Positions 18,325 to 26,895 of a DNA stretch of 64,000 bases are shown piece by piece (within the stretch, counting starts at the first letter, position 1; every line of letters starts with the position of its first letter). This DNA is from a virus (taxonomy: Duplodnaviria; Caudoviricetes), in the IMG/VR virus record IMGVR_UViG_3300037424_000485, positions 96,001-160,000 of that record. The stretch is one strand, 5' to 3'. Made by a program: the position numbers and the translations under genes. The notes under the pieces are model-generated. The model saw nothing but the letters and a program-made list of their open reading frames with translations, was not told the origin of the DNA and did no database searches.

Positions 18325-18492
18325 ATGAAGATTTTTTGTGTTGCTACTTGGTGTCCGTTAAGTGCCGAGTGTAAAAACTCCCAGGAACAGCGTATGCGTG
18401 GCACTGATTCTGACTATTACGTTGATTACAGCAGTGAAGTTGTGGTGGGAATAGACGGTTATACCTGCCCTCATTTTATAAGGAGGTTTTAA
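18325..18492 (+). CDS. 55-aa Cys-containing hypothetical protein
   Basis: Manual translation MKIFCVATWCPLSAECKNS...YTCPHFIRRF. Confidence 0.45.
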   Translation: MKIFCVATWCPLSAECKNSQEQRMRGTDSDYYVDYSSEVVVGIDGYTCPHFIRRF

Positions 18493-18493
18493 T

Positions 18494-18693
18494 ATGTCGT
18501 TTGAATATAAAATTAAGATAACAAGCTGTCGAGAGTGTCCTTACTCGTCTAATAATCAACAGGAGCATAACGACCCTTTCACCAGCACCCCCCTAAATAC
18601 CTACTGGTATTGTAATCAGGGGATAACACTAGGAGCAGGGTAGATATAAGGGACTGTAACAAAATTGCTTATAACTGCCCATTGAGCACATAA
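18494..18693 (+). pseudogene. Small Cys-rich ORF broken by a 1-nt frameshift in a G run (18619-18622)
   Basis: AGGAGG RBS; CRECPY...YWYCN then, in the shifted frame, DNTRSRVDIRDCNKIAYNCPLST-stop at the attC-like site. Confidence 0.4.
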
Positions 18694-18776
18694 TGCCGAA
18701 CTAGCCAGGCCCGGTCTGGTGGATGGAAATAGTTAACGCCGAATTTGACCTGTTCGCGTTTAGTGTCTTGTTAATT
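18688..18776. mobile_element. Degenerate attC-like site(s), possibly two tandem short sites
   Basis: ACATAAT-GCCGA-ACTAGCC..., internal GTTAAC-GCCGA-ATTTGAC, ending GTTTAGT-GTCTT-GTTAATT; GC-rich island followed by a promoter. Confidence 0.45.
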
Positions 18777-18811
18777 TTTTACATTATTTTAGTTATATGT
18801 TGATATTTTTC

Positions 18812-18840
18812 TTGACAACAATCAACCACAGGGTTAAGAT
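18812..18840 (+). promoter_or_regulatory. Sigma70-type promoter after the attC-like site
   Basis: TTGACA-17 nt-TAAGAT. Confidence 0.7.
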
Positions 18841-18873
18841 AAGCTATAATAAAAATTAACCTAAGGAAACAAC

Positions 18874-19248
18874 ATGGAACTGACGCAAGAGGAAGTGGAA
18901 AAGATGAAAAGGATAAAATCATTCTTCCCATACCGCAAAGTATCGGCAGTGAAAACCAAAGATGCTAAGTGTGAGATATTCGCAAACGCGACATTTGCCC
19001 AAGCTAATAACTACGCTAGGAAGACAGGCGGAACCCTTAACTTCAATACTGAAGAAAGGGAAGTCAATCACTACCGTCTTGATAATATCTATAGTGGAAA
19101 AGCCCTTACATTCCTTGAAGAAATTAGAAACGCCATGAATGTTGGCAATTGGGATAAGTCTGATATTATGACCGATTATTTTAATGTTGGTTGGTATATC
19201 AGTATTAAAATTGGTAAATGGAATAAACCTTACATCTATATAGGATAA
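18874..19248 (+). CDS. Hypothetical phage protein
   Basis: C-terminal VNHY...SDIMTDYFNVGWYISIKIGKWNKPY looks like a conserved phage/MGE domain. Confidence 0.6.
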   Translation: MELTQEEVEKMKRIKSFFPYRKVSAVKTKDAKCEIFANATFAQANNYARKTGGTLNFNTEEREVNHYRLDNIYSGKALTFLEEIRNAMNVGNWDKSDIMTDYFNVGWYISIKIGKWNKPYIYIG

Positions 19249-19253
19249 TTATC

Positions 19254-19709
19254 ATGTTGAAAATATACACTGGTAGTGAGCTTTATGATCATCTTGTTAA
19301 CTATGACCTTATCAATCCATGGGCAGAATTAGAGAGGCTAGAAAATTCTTTTAGATTTTTTGGAGATCTTATCAACCATGATCATAATGCATGTAACTAT
19401 TTCTTCTGTATTATTGTGGATGGTGATATTATAGGGCTTACAAAATTCAAAGTAGGGGGTTCGTTCTCCTGTTACAATCCAGAGTATAACAATTGGATCT
19501 CATATGTATGCGTAGACAAACACCATAAAAGCAAAGGGTATTCAAAGATCATGCTGGAAGGTTTGTTTAAATTCGCAAAAGAGCGGAATCTTAGTATTCT
19601 TTCTAGTGGATATACAAGTGAGGGGTATTTAAGAATAAGACCTCGTATGCATAAATTGGCTAAAGAATTTGGTATTGACTTTAAAGATGCCGATAAAGTA
19701 GAATTTTAA
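19254..19709 (+). CDS. GNAT-family acetyltransferase
   Basis: ISYVCVDKHHKSKGYSKIML motif A. Confidence 0.7.
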   Translation: MLKIYTGSELYDHLVNYDLINPWAELERLENSFRFFGDLINHDHNACNYFFCIIVDGDIIGLTKFKVGGSFSCYNPEYNNWISYVCVDKHHKSKGYSKIMLEGLFKFAKERNLSILSSGYTSEGYLRIRPRMHKLAKEFGIDFKDADKVEF

Positions 19710-19764
19710 AAATAATTATTAGCACATCCTAGAGAAATACACTTCTGAGATTTGGAGACTTAAA

Positions 19765-20103
19765 ATGCGAGAAATACCATGGACTGTAGAAGAGATCAAA
19801 GAGGGGCTTAAAACCAAAGATAAATGGGTTTATAGAGCCATTCTAGCTATCTTCAATCTCCAAACAGATCAAGAGCAGGATAGTGAGGCTACTCTTGATC
19901 ATAATGGCATAGGGTTTAATAGCTTTGATGGACATCTCCTAGGCTCTTATGCAAAACAGATCCAGAGATGGAACAACGATAAGAGTGTTTTGAGATTTCC
20001 AACACCCTTATCAAAGAAGCAAACTTCTATCGCTCGTAATAAGATTATGAAGTATAGTAGTCAACTTGTTAAGATTGCAAATGGAGCTATAATTATTAAT
20101 TAG
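19765..20103 (+). CDS. Conserved-looking hypothetical phage protein
   Basis: RAILAIF..QT..EQ...T...NGIGF...D pattern. Confidence 0.65.
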   Translation: MREIPWTVEEIKEGLKTKDKWVYRAILAIFNLQTDQEQDSEATLDHNGIGFNSFDGHLLGSYAKQIQRWNNDKSVLRFPTPLSKKQTSIARNKIMKYSSQLVKIANGAIIIN

Positions 20104-20668
20104 AAGCATACATTATATTATAAGGTCTAATAATGGTAGTTATAGCAGTATTGACTTTATCAACATAATTATACGGGTCATGATCAAGACCATATTTCAT
20201 AACAGTTCCAGGCCCTCTATTATATGCCAATACAGCATATCTCCAAGGATCTGGATATTTTCTAAATTTATCTAATAGATATGCAAAATAGTCTGCTGAT
20301 AGTTTTATAGCCCATTCATCCATCAACAACAATCTTATGAATATTTTATTATCTGAATATTTTCTATCATCCTTTCGTATGTTTTTAATAACATATCTAG
20401 CTGTTGAGATTTTCATCTGTGCAGTGCCAAAATATCTATTAGAAAAATTATCATCAGCGGGGCCGTATTTATTAATCCCACATGTACTCTCAACAAATTG
20501 AATAGCTTGTATTGTTTCTGGCCATCCAATTTCATCACCGGCCTGTTTAGCAGTATCTAAAATATACTTTTGTTCTTCTGAAGGTTCCCATCCACCCTCT
20601 CCTAATACAATATTAGGAATAATTATCATTAAGATCAATAATATTATTGTTTTCATCATTAACTCCAT
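20096..20668 (-). CDS. Lytic transglycosylase (SLT/lysozyme-like) with signal peptide
   Basis: AIQFVEST, GTAQMK..TA, AVLAYNRGPG, Y..KV motifs. Confidence 0.8.
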   Translation of the reverse strand: MELMMKTIILLILMIIIPNIVLGEGGWEPSEEQKYILDTAKQAGDEIGWPETIQAIQFVESTCGINKYGPADDNFSNRYFGTAQMKISTARYVIKNIRKDDRKYSDNKIFIRLLLMDEWAIKLSADYFAYLLDKFRKYPDPWRYAVLAYNRGPGTVMKYGLDHDPYNYVDKVNTAITTIIRPYNIMYASN

Positions 20669-20733
20669 TCATTATGCATAAACCCATACCTAAAAATATG
20701 GGTTTATTATTTGGTTATAGATATATTTATAAA

Positions 20734-21036
20734 TTATTGTTGATTTATAACTCCTAAATTATATTCAATCGATTTCTCAATATCATCAACAGTTTCGAGT
20801 ATAGTCCTACAATATCCCATATACCCTTCTTTCTCCAATTCTTTTATTTGTCCAGAAGCTTTAACAGTCTCAATTTTTAGAAGATCTTCAACAATAGAAG
20901 ATATACTAGCTGCCATAATTTCAACATCTTTAACATCCACATCTTTTAATGTGAATTCAACTGTTGGTTTTGTTGATTGGTAGTTTCCAGTATTTATGGT
21001 TATAGTTCTGCCAATTGTAATATCTATTTTACTCAT
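20734..21036 (-). CDS. Hypothetical phage protein
   Basis: TINTGNYQS.K pattern; AGGAG RBS. Confidence 0.6.
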   Translation of the reverse strand: MSKIDITIGRTITINTGNYQSTKPTVEFTLKDVDVKDVEIMAASISSIVEDLLKIETVKASGQIKELEKEGYMGYCRTILETVDDIEKSIEYNLGVINQQ

Positions 21037-21046
21037 TCATTTCTCC

Positions 21047-21957
21047 TTAAAAGAAAATATCAAAGCATTTGCTTTGTGTTAGTATTTTTTCACGATTCTG
21101 AGGCTCTAATAAAAATTTTACCTTACCTACGAAAAACTTCTCAATCTGTTTTCCATAATCCAACTGTAGCCCATTTTCAGTGAATTCTTTAGGCCAATCA
21201 TAATAACTAACCACTGTAATCCCAAAGCGATTTCTTTTAAGATATACTACCTTGGCTTTATCCCCTTCTTTTATTCTTTCATATTTGTTCTGAATGTTAA
21301 ATTCTTTTAATAGCATATGATAATTACAAGCACCCTTGACATGATAAGGGGTTCCTTTTATGGCACAGTCATTCTTAATATACTTGCTCATATTATTAAT
21401 ACCTATATTAGCACTCAATTCTTCTGCTGGTGATGCTTCCATACTAATCTTATACTCATCTACATGTTTTCGTATATCATCGTCAGAATGTCCTTTAAGG
21501 ATCATTCCTAGCAGATGTTTTAATGCTTTGCGAAATATTGATGGGCATTCAGACCTAATAATAACAAGACCTTTTACATCTATCTTATCGCATGGCTTTC
21601 CATCATCATCAACTACATTATAACCATACATTTTCTTTTTAATAAAAAGTGCAGTACGACACACAATTTCTTGTTTAAATCCAATAGAAAAATCATCTCT
21701 TTCAACTATAGAGTTATACGTACCTATCTGAGTATTTTCAAACGCCTCATCTTCTACATTTTTTTCTACGATTTTTGATATTCTTTTAACAAAATCAATT
21801 TTATGAACATCGGGTATTTTATCCCAATGCTGTTTTGTAATTCCTTGATCTAAAAGAAAAGCCTCCACCATTATAAATAAACTATCAGTATCGATCTTCT
21901 CTAAATATAGGCGATATAATCAATCATATCGCCTATATTTCTATTCCTTTTTATCAT
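21047..21957 (-). CDS. gp43: Family B DNA polymerase C-terminal subunit (gp43B); motif C interrupted by an 11-nt gap
   Basis: MIKRNRNIGDMIDYIAYI-TAG-AGAAG-ATC then DTDSLFI...KQE...KKKMY...VKGLVIIRS; removing 11 nt gives DYIAYIDTDSLFI and 900 nt in frame. Confidence 0.85.
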
Positions 21958-21973
21958 ATTATTTTTCCTCTTT

Positions 21974-22159
21974 TTAATAATCCAATGGGACTACATTATA
22001 ATTATCCCCGAAACTATGTGTAACAATATATGTATCACCAGTTTTTACATCATACACCATATGTGGCTTATTGTCACCAAACTTTTCTCTCATATCCTTA
22101 TCAGAAGAACATCCAGATAATAATACACCAAGAATGATTATTAGTATTAGTTTATTCAT
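21974..22159 (-). CDS. Small lipoprotein
   Basis: Lipobox LLSGC after a hydrophobic signal. Confidence 0.6.
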   Translation of the reverse strand: MNKLILIIILGVLLSGCSSDKDMREKFGDNKPHMVYDVKTGDTYIVTHSFGDNYNVVPLDY

Positions 22160-22232
22160 AATATCTACCTTTGTGTTTGTTTATTCTCTATAGTGCCTAT
22201 ATTATCCGGTCTAGTTTTCATTATCTCTCCGC

Positions 22233-22454
22233 TCATCGGCCCGAGTTCCAGCCCTCTACATCATCGCTGTAAACCGCGCTCTCGCCGTCTTCTCTCTCGT
22301 CAGCGTAGTTTTCAAACCGGTTCAGGAGCATGTAACCTTTGCCGCATTTTCTCCGCAGGAGGGAGTTTCTGCCGTCATCGGCAACGCTTTCAAAACCCAT
22401 CTTCTTCCAGTCATCGGTTTTGTTGAGTTCGTTTATAATCTGGTCTTTCGTCAT
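22233..22454 (-). CDS. GC-rich small hypothetical protein, probable cassette cargo
   Basis: Visibly higher GC than the genome; GGAG RBS; own promoter. Confidence 0.6.
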   Translation of the reverse strand: MTKDQIINELNKTDDWKKMGFESVADDGRNSLLRRKCGKGYMLLNRFENYADEREDGESAVYSDDVEGWNSGR

Positions 22455-22506
22455 GTTCGTAGTCTCCGGGTTGGGTGGTGGGCTTATTGCCCCTCTCTAT
22501 GATTTA

Positions 22507-22535
22507 AATATATACCTTATTAAACAAGGAGTCAA
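22507..22535 (-). promoter_or_regulatory. Sigma70-type promoter next to attC site A
   Basis: TTGACT-17 nt-TATATT; upstream GTGAATTAAATAA also occurs at about 17638. Confidence 0.65.
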
Positions 22536-22591
22536 TAGAAAAAAGTATATTCTTTTATTTAATTCACTTTTTTTTCTTCGAAGGTCGGCCA

Positions 22592-22654
22592 GACTAACCA
22601 GCGGGTAAACGCGGAACCGCAAAAAGCGCGGAGCCGGTTAACTCCACGTTGGCC
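22592..22654 (+). mobile_element. attC-like site A (63 bp)
   Basis: GACTAAC-CAGCG-GGTAAAC-GCGGAACCGC...GCGGAGCCG-GTTAAC-TCCAC-GTTGGCC imperfect palindrome with bulges. Confidence 0.65.
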
Positions 22655-22656
22655 CG

Positions 22657-22887
22657 CTAGGCGTACTGCACGCCGATATTAAGATGGCAAATTAAATTAA
22701 AAACCTTCCCACATTCACCGCATGTATGGTCAAAAACGCCATCTGTTTTGCCCCGGCCATCGTCAGTACCCCAAATTGTCACAGAAACATCAACATCATC
22801 AATCTCGACATATTCACCACATCCAGGGCATATAACCTCAATAGGATTTTGAAGCCTGTTCATCTCACCCATAATAATTGTCCTCAT
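22657..22887 (-). CDS. GC-rich Zn-ribbon protein between attC sites A and B (inverted cassette ORF)
   Basis: CPGC and CGEC; bounded by GTTGGCC and GCCCAAC. Confidence 0.6.
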   Translation of the reverse strand: MRTIIMGEMNRLQNPIEVICPGCGEYVEIDDVDVSVTIWGTDDGRGKTDGVFDHTCGECGKVFNLICHLNIGVQYA

Positions 22888-22911
22888 AAATAGTAGTTAA
22901 TCGTTGCCGCT

Positions 22912-23005
22912 GCCCAACAAGTCGCTCCACACGGAACGCGGGAAGCTCCGTTTTTGGTTTATCTGCTACTCCCCGGGCCGCGTCCGGTGAGCTAAAACGG
23001 TGTGT
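22912..23005 (+). mobile_element. attC-like site B (94 bp), outer R box degenerate (GGT instead of GTT)
   Basis: GCCCAAC-AAGTC-GCTC(C)AC-A-CGGA(A)CGCGG...CCGCGTCCG-GTGAGC-TAAAAC-GGTGTGT with two extrahelical bases. Confidence 0.7.
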
Positions 23006-23043
23006 CCTATGTGTTCGTCAGATGTAAAGTAGTACATAATATC

Positions 23044-23304
23044 CTACATAGTGAAAAGTTCAGGTGGAGCTATATCATACAGTGATAATGTGTCTTCTCT
23101 ATACCACCACCCTGTAGTGTCATATGGCGATCTATAGACCTCTCTTAGTATATTATTATCTGTTTGTACTAGATAGCCTCTATCCCTCCTAATACTCTTA
23201 ACCACACCAACTTTACCATTGGCATGTGCTATCATATAATCATTCCAATTAGATACATCCCCTAAATTATTTATAGCTACCCTATCACCAACTTTAAATT
23301 TCAT
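23044..23304 (-). CDS. Small SH3/KOW-like protein with C-terminal IAPPELFTM motif
   Basis: MKFKVGDRV...GKVGVV. Confidence 0.55.
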   Translation of the reverse strand: MKFKVGDRVAINNLGDVSNWNDYMIAHANGKVGVVKSIRRDRGYLVQTDNNILREVYRSPYDTTGWWYREDTLSLYDIAPPELFTM

Positions 23305-23627
23305 ACCATCTCCATATCGAAAAGATTTTCTGGAACTATATTAATAAGTAGTATCTCAAGACCTTTCTCATGTATAACAATATCATGTCCATCTTCAAGA
23401 GACACACCAACAATTTCTTGATATGTGTCATTGGTGTGATATGTGTCATCGGAGTGTGATCTAACATCAACAACAATACCTACCTCTCCATTAGATCCAC
23501 GATATCCAATTTTATAATTATGAAGACCCATCATCTCAGCCATGATTTTACATCCAGTGAATATCATCCATCTATTAATAATCTTGACTTTACATCCAGG
23601 TAGTAACTCTATACCATTAATCTTCAT
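23301..23627 (-). CDS. Hypothetical protein with C-terminal IVPENLFDM motif
   Basis: Overlapping operon. Confidence 0.55.
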   Translation of the reverse strand: MKINGIELLPGCKVKIINRWMIFTGCKIMAEMMGLHNYKIGYRGSNGEVGIVVDVRSHSDDTYHTNDTYQEIVGVSLEDGHDIVIHEKGLEILLINIVPENLFDMEMV

Positions 23628-23943
23628 ATAATAAATCCCGTACTGATTTTATAATATTTCCATCTTGGTTATAATAATTATAATACTCATAATCATCATA
23701 TAAATGCAAGAGAGCTGGACACCTAGCAGACTCACCAAACATCTGTACTATCTGCTCAATTCCCTCTGGTGTATGTCTTACTGTACGATGTTTATACCCA
23801 AGTTTGACATATAGTGCATCCAACCATTGATGTACCTCAGTATAAGGTTTACCAAAAAACTCTATACATCTAGCTTCATGCTCTTCTCTCCACATTATAG
23901 ATAAGGCCCAAATAAGAAAATCATTAAACAGATATGGATACAT
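23617..23943 (-). CDS. His-rich hypothetical protein
   Basis: H...C...FG....VH.WLD, HR..RH..EG, H..DD pattern; the true start is probably internal. Confidence 0.55.
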   Translation of the reverse strand: MYPYLFNDFLIWALSIMWREEHEARCIEFFGKPYTEVHQWLDALYVKLGYKHRTVRHTPEGIEQIVQMFGESARCPALLHLYDDYEYYNYYNQDGNIIKSVRDLLYED

Positions 23944-24278
23944 TGATCTAATGCTAATGTATTCCAGAATTTATCATCTTTTGTATGGAGATTATATTTT
24001 ACATAATCCTCGATATCTTCTCTTTTATAAGCATATTTTTTAAAATATGTCCATAGATACTTATCTTGAATACCATGACATAAAACATAAAGCACGACAA
24101 TCCACTGAGGCATATCAATAAAAAATGCGAACACGGCGAATATGATATATATGATACCCATATGGATACCCATACTCACCCAATCATTAGATTTAGTTTC
24201 GGCTACTTCTCTTGATTGTAAATAAAAATCACTAAAAAAGTGTAGAAATACAGCTACATAAATCATCTGACCACCCAA
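23895..24278 (-). CDS. DUF3307-like membrane protein
   Basis: LHF.SDF.LQ, H..., HG..D, DQ..H motifs. Confidence 0.7.
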   Translation of the reverse strand: MGGQMIYVAVFLHFFSDFYLQSREVAETKSNDWVSMGIHMGIIYIIFAVFAFFIDMPQWIVVLYVLCHGIQDKYLWTYFKKYAYKREDIEDYVKYNLHTKDDKFWNTLALDQCIHICLMIFLFGPYL

Positions 24279-24466
24279 AAAAGTAATACTTATTTATTCT
24301 ACTATAAATTATAGTAAAATCCTCTGTTGTTTTTAATATTACATCATCTATACAGAAATAGCAACAAAAATGATTGCCAATGTGCTCATCACTACTATTT
24401 CTTTTCCAAAGATCATACCAGTCGCAGTATTCGCTATGGGATATTTGGTTTCTATCGCCCATTATT

Positions 24467-24940
24467 TCAAAATATCTTTTTTCCATCAAATAACCCCAAA
24501 TTAACACCCTCAAGCAACAATACCTGTTGTGTTTCATTTAAATATTTAAAGGCTGTCTTGTAGTGTACCCATCTCCATCTATCAATTTCTGGCCTTCTTT
24601 GCTCTGTAATCATACAGTAGAATGTACTATCACAAACAGGTGTTTTTTTAATTATACCATCAAACTCATATGCAAAGGCAACTAGTTGTTTTGGGATGTC
24701 AGAATATTTAGAGCATCCAAGCAAGGATCTCCTATACTTAAAACCACCTCTTATGATATCATCACGAAGGATTCCTGTTTCTTCTGTTACTTCCCTCCAT
24801 GCAGCTCTTAATTCGCTCTCACAGGACTCTTTAATTCCTTTTGGAATGCTCCACATTCTAACTGGTATGCCTGTTGGATGCCCTATTAGAATTTGCTTGT
24901 ATTTGTTTATGAGGAAGATCCCACATGTAGTCTTGATCAT
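24467..24940 (-). CDS. NUDIX hydrolase
   Basis: WSIPKG...ESELRAAWREVTEETG Nudix box; PEID..RW. Confidence 0.9.
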   Translation of the reverse strand: MIKTTCGIFLINKYKQILIGHPTGIPVRMWSIPKGIKESCESELRAAWREVTEETGILRDDIIRGGFKYRRSLLGCSKYSDIPKQLVAFAYEFDGIIKKTPVCDSTFYCMITEQRRPEIDRWRWVHYKTAFKYLNETQQVLLLEGVNLGLFDGKKIF

Positions 24941-25173
24941 TTAAGTCTCCACCCATATTTACCATCCTCTGATAAAACTAGTACAAGTGCAAGACCAACT
25001 ATTCCACACAAACCACTACAGAAAGCTATGACTAAAGACACGAAAATATCATATTTATACTGTTTGTCTTTAAGACTCTCGTATTCTCCTTGCCAGAATG
25101 CGAACATAAGACCATATGATATAAAAGACACAATAGGTATAGTAATTAAATATAATATAATTAGATATTTCAT
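24937..25173 (-). CDS. Small two-TM membrane protein
   Basis: Two hydrophobic stretches. Confidence 0.55.
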   Translation of the reverse strand: MKYLIILYLITIPIVSFISYGLMFAFWQGEYESLKDKQYKYDIFVSLVIAFCSGLCGIVGLALVLVLSEDGKYGWRLK

Positions 25174-25544
25174 TCTGAAATATCCTCATCTATATGTTTA
25201 TTTAAATCTTTAAAACTATGGAAAGATTCTGGATTAAAAGAATCAGCAAGTTCTGTTTTATGTAATGGATTTTTCTCATATAGCTCTGATATATTTGAGT
25301 ATCTTTCTAGAGCATACATATATATCATATCCATATAGGAATCATCTCTTAGCTTAAAAATGGTTCTCTGATATACAATATGTCCTAAGAAACTCCACCA
25401 TGCTAACATCCACCCAGCGGCTTTATATATATCACCACTGCTTGAATATACATACACGCCAATTACAGCAGACATTAAAGATAATATAATAGTAAAAATT
25501 TCTACCCCGCCTGTGTAAATATTAAACTTGTTTAACAGATTCAT
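25170..25544 (-). CDS. Membrane protein
   Basis: Two N-terminal TM segments. Confidence 0.55.
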   Translation of the reverse strand: MNLLNKFNIYTGGVEIFTIILSLMSAVIGVYVYSSSGDIYKAAGWMLAWWSFLGHIVYQRTIFKLRDDSYMDMIYMYALERYSNISELYEKNPLHKTELADSFNPESFHSFKDLNKHIDEDISE

Positions 25545-25603
25545 AATGTTTTATCTCATTGATGATATTTAATAACTCTTCATTAGGATTATTTAACAGC
25601 TTG

Positions 25604-25924
25604 TTAAACACCGTATTTAGCCTTGAGCTTTTCCAACTGACAAAGCTCTTGATTCTCAATAAATTTTCGGTGGTTATCTTCGTTATTCAGCCGTGCGGCT
25701 TCCTCGGCATCGGTTTCCAACCGCTTATAGCTTATTTTCACCTCAAACTGACTGCCATCGTAATAGGTTGACGTACTGCAATCTATATTTATGGTCGCCT
25801 TGTACTCATCAGGCACAAGGGCAAATTTATCAGACCACCATTTCAAAAACTCTTCCGGGCTACTCGGCAGGTCATAGGCACAAGACTCGGCTTCAAAAAC
25901 AATAACTTTAATTTCCTTTTTCAT
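25604..25924 (-). CDS. Hypothetical protein carried by the inserted cassette
   Basis: GGAGG RBS; stop lies at the GTTAAAC junction; GC-richer. Confidence 0.65.
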   Translation of the reverse strand: MKKEIKVIVFEAESCAYDLPSSPEEFLKWWSDKFALVPDEYKATINIDCSTSTYYDGSQFEVKISYKRLETDAEEAARLNNEDNHRKFIENQELCQLEKLKAKYGV

Positions 25925-25979
25925 AACTTCCTCCGTACATATGTGTTTATCCAGACATCAACTGAGCTTGGTGTTAGCA
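25921..25979 (+). mobile_element. Degenerate attC-like site closing the inserted cassette
   Basis: ...CTGAGC-TTGGT-GTTAGCA right arm; left arm TCATAAC-TT-CCTCCGT eroded into the ORF RBS. Confidence 0.5.
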
Positions 25980-26069
25980 TATCTCTGACCATTAAGAATG
26001 GTATGTCTACACATGATGTTATAGCCTCTGCCATAATACCATAAAATTTTCTAATAATCAATAACTTTA

Positions 26070-26077
26070 TATAAATA
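26070..26077 (+). promoter_or_regulatory. T4-type late promoter upstream of the HNH gene, followed by a hairpin (26094-26126)
   Basis: TATAAATA. Confidence 0.55.
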
Positions 26078-26163
26078 ATATTATATAAAAACAAACCCAC
26101 TAACCGTTGGTAGCGGATAATGGGTTCTAATCATAACATTTACTTATAAGGAAGTAAACAAAT

Positions 26164-26895
26164 ATGACTATATTTATTTATACACAAAAAACCAAGAAAT
26201 GTATTCAATGTAAAGAAATAAAATCTATAGATAATTTTAACAAAAGAATGACTGGAAAATATAGAGGTCAGTGTAGAATTTGTCAAAATAAAGCGAATAG
26301 AGATAGATATCACAATCACAGTAAAAACACATTGAAAAAATCCTCATTAGACTACTATAATAACAATAAAAAACATTACATGGCGGTACATAAAATATAT
26401 AGGACATCACTTGCATCATATGAAACATATGCACATCAGCTAACAGTAGAAGAAGATCCAATATTATCTGATGATGGTGTTTCTCTTGAGGTTAGATGTA
26501 AATATTGCGGTAAATATTTTAAGCCTACTAATAAAGAGGTATCATGTAGAGTTAGTGTAATAAAAGGACTATCAATAGGTGAATTAAGTCTTTATTGTTC
26601 TGATAATTGTAAAAAATCATGTGGGACATATAGACAAAGAAAAAATCCAAAAGGTTTTAAAATATGTACATCGAGAGAAGTACAGCCAGAACTTAGGAAA
26701 TTGGTTCTTGAAAGAGATAATTATCAATGTCAGTCATGTGATAATATTGATATCAAGCCATTACACTGTCATCACTACGAAGGTATTGAGATCAACCCTA
26801 TTGAAAGTGCTGATATTGATAATTGTATTACATTATGTAAAAAATGTCACAATGCTGTTCATAAGCATTGTGACATGAGAAGAAAAAAATGTTAA
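26164..26895 (+). CDS. HNH homing endonuclease, antisense, abutting the gp43A stop; paralog of 10323..11177
   Basis: Shares YETYAHQLT.EE, LEVRCKYCGKYFKPT, TSREVQP.LRKLVLERD, EGIEINPIESADIDNCITLCK. Confidence 0.85.
   Translation: MTIFIYTQKTKKCIQCKEIKSIDNFNKRMTGKYRGQCRICQNKANRDRYHNHSKNTLKKSSLDYYNNNKKHYMAVHKIYRTSLASYETYAHQLTVEEDPILSDDGVSLEVRCKYCGKYFKPTNKEVSCRVSVIKGLSIGELSLYCSDNCKKSCGTYRQRKNPKGFKICTSREVQPELRKLVLERDNYQCQSCDNIDIKPLHCHHYEGIEINPIESADIDNCITLCKKCHNAVHKHCDMRRKKC

Larger units (their letters stand above)
25553..26043 (-). pseudogene. Decayed duplicate of the gp43A 3' end, split by a 370-bp cassette (25604-25973)
   Basis: 25553-25603 is identical to 26915-26965; 25973-26043 matches the preceding part of gp43A with a 36-bp deletion between ATGGCA repeats. 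Confidence 0.85.

Noticed and set aside
21872-21960. Group I/II intron or intein explaining the gp43B break
   Set aside because: The gap is only 11 nt, with no intron core and no intein motifs at either polymerase half.
22500-26000. Complete integron (intI plus attI)
   Set aside because: No tyrosine recombinase ORF is present in the window; only attC-like sites.
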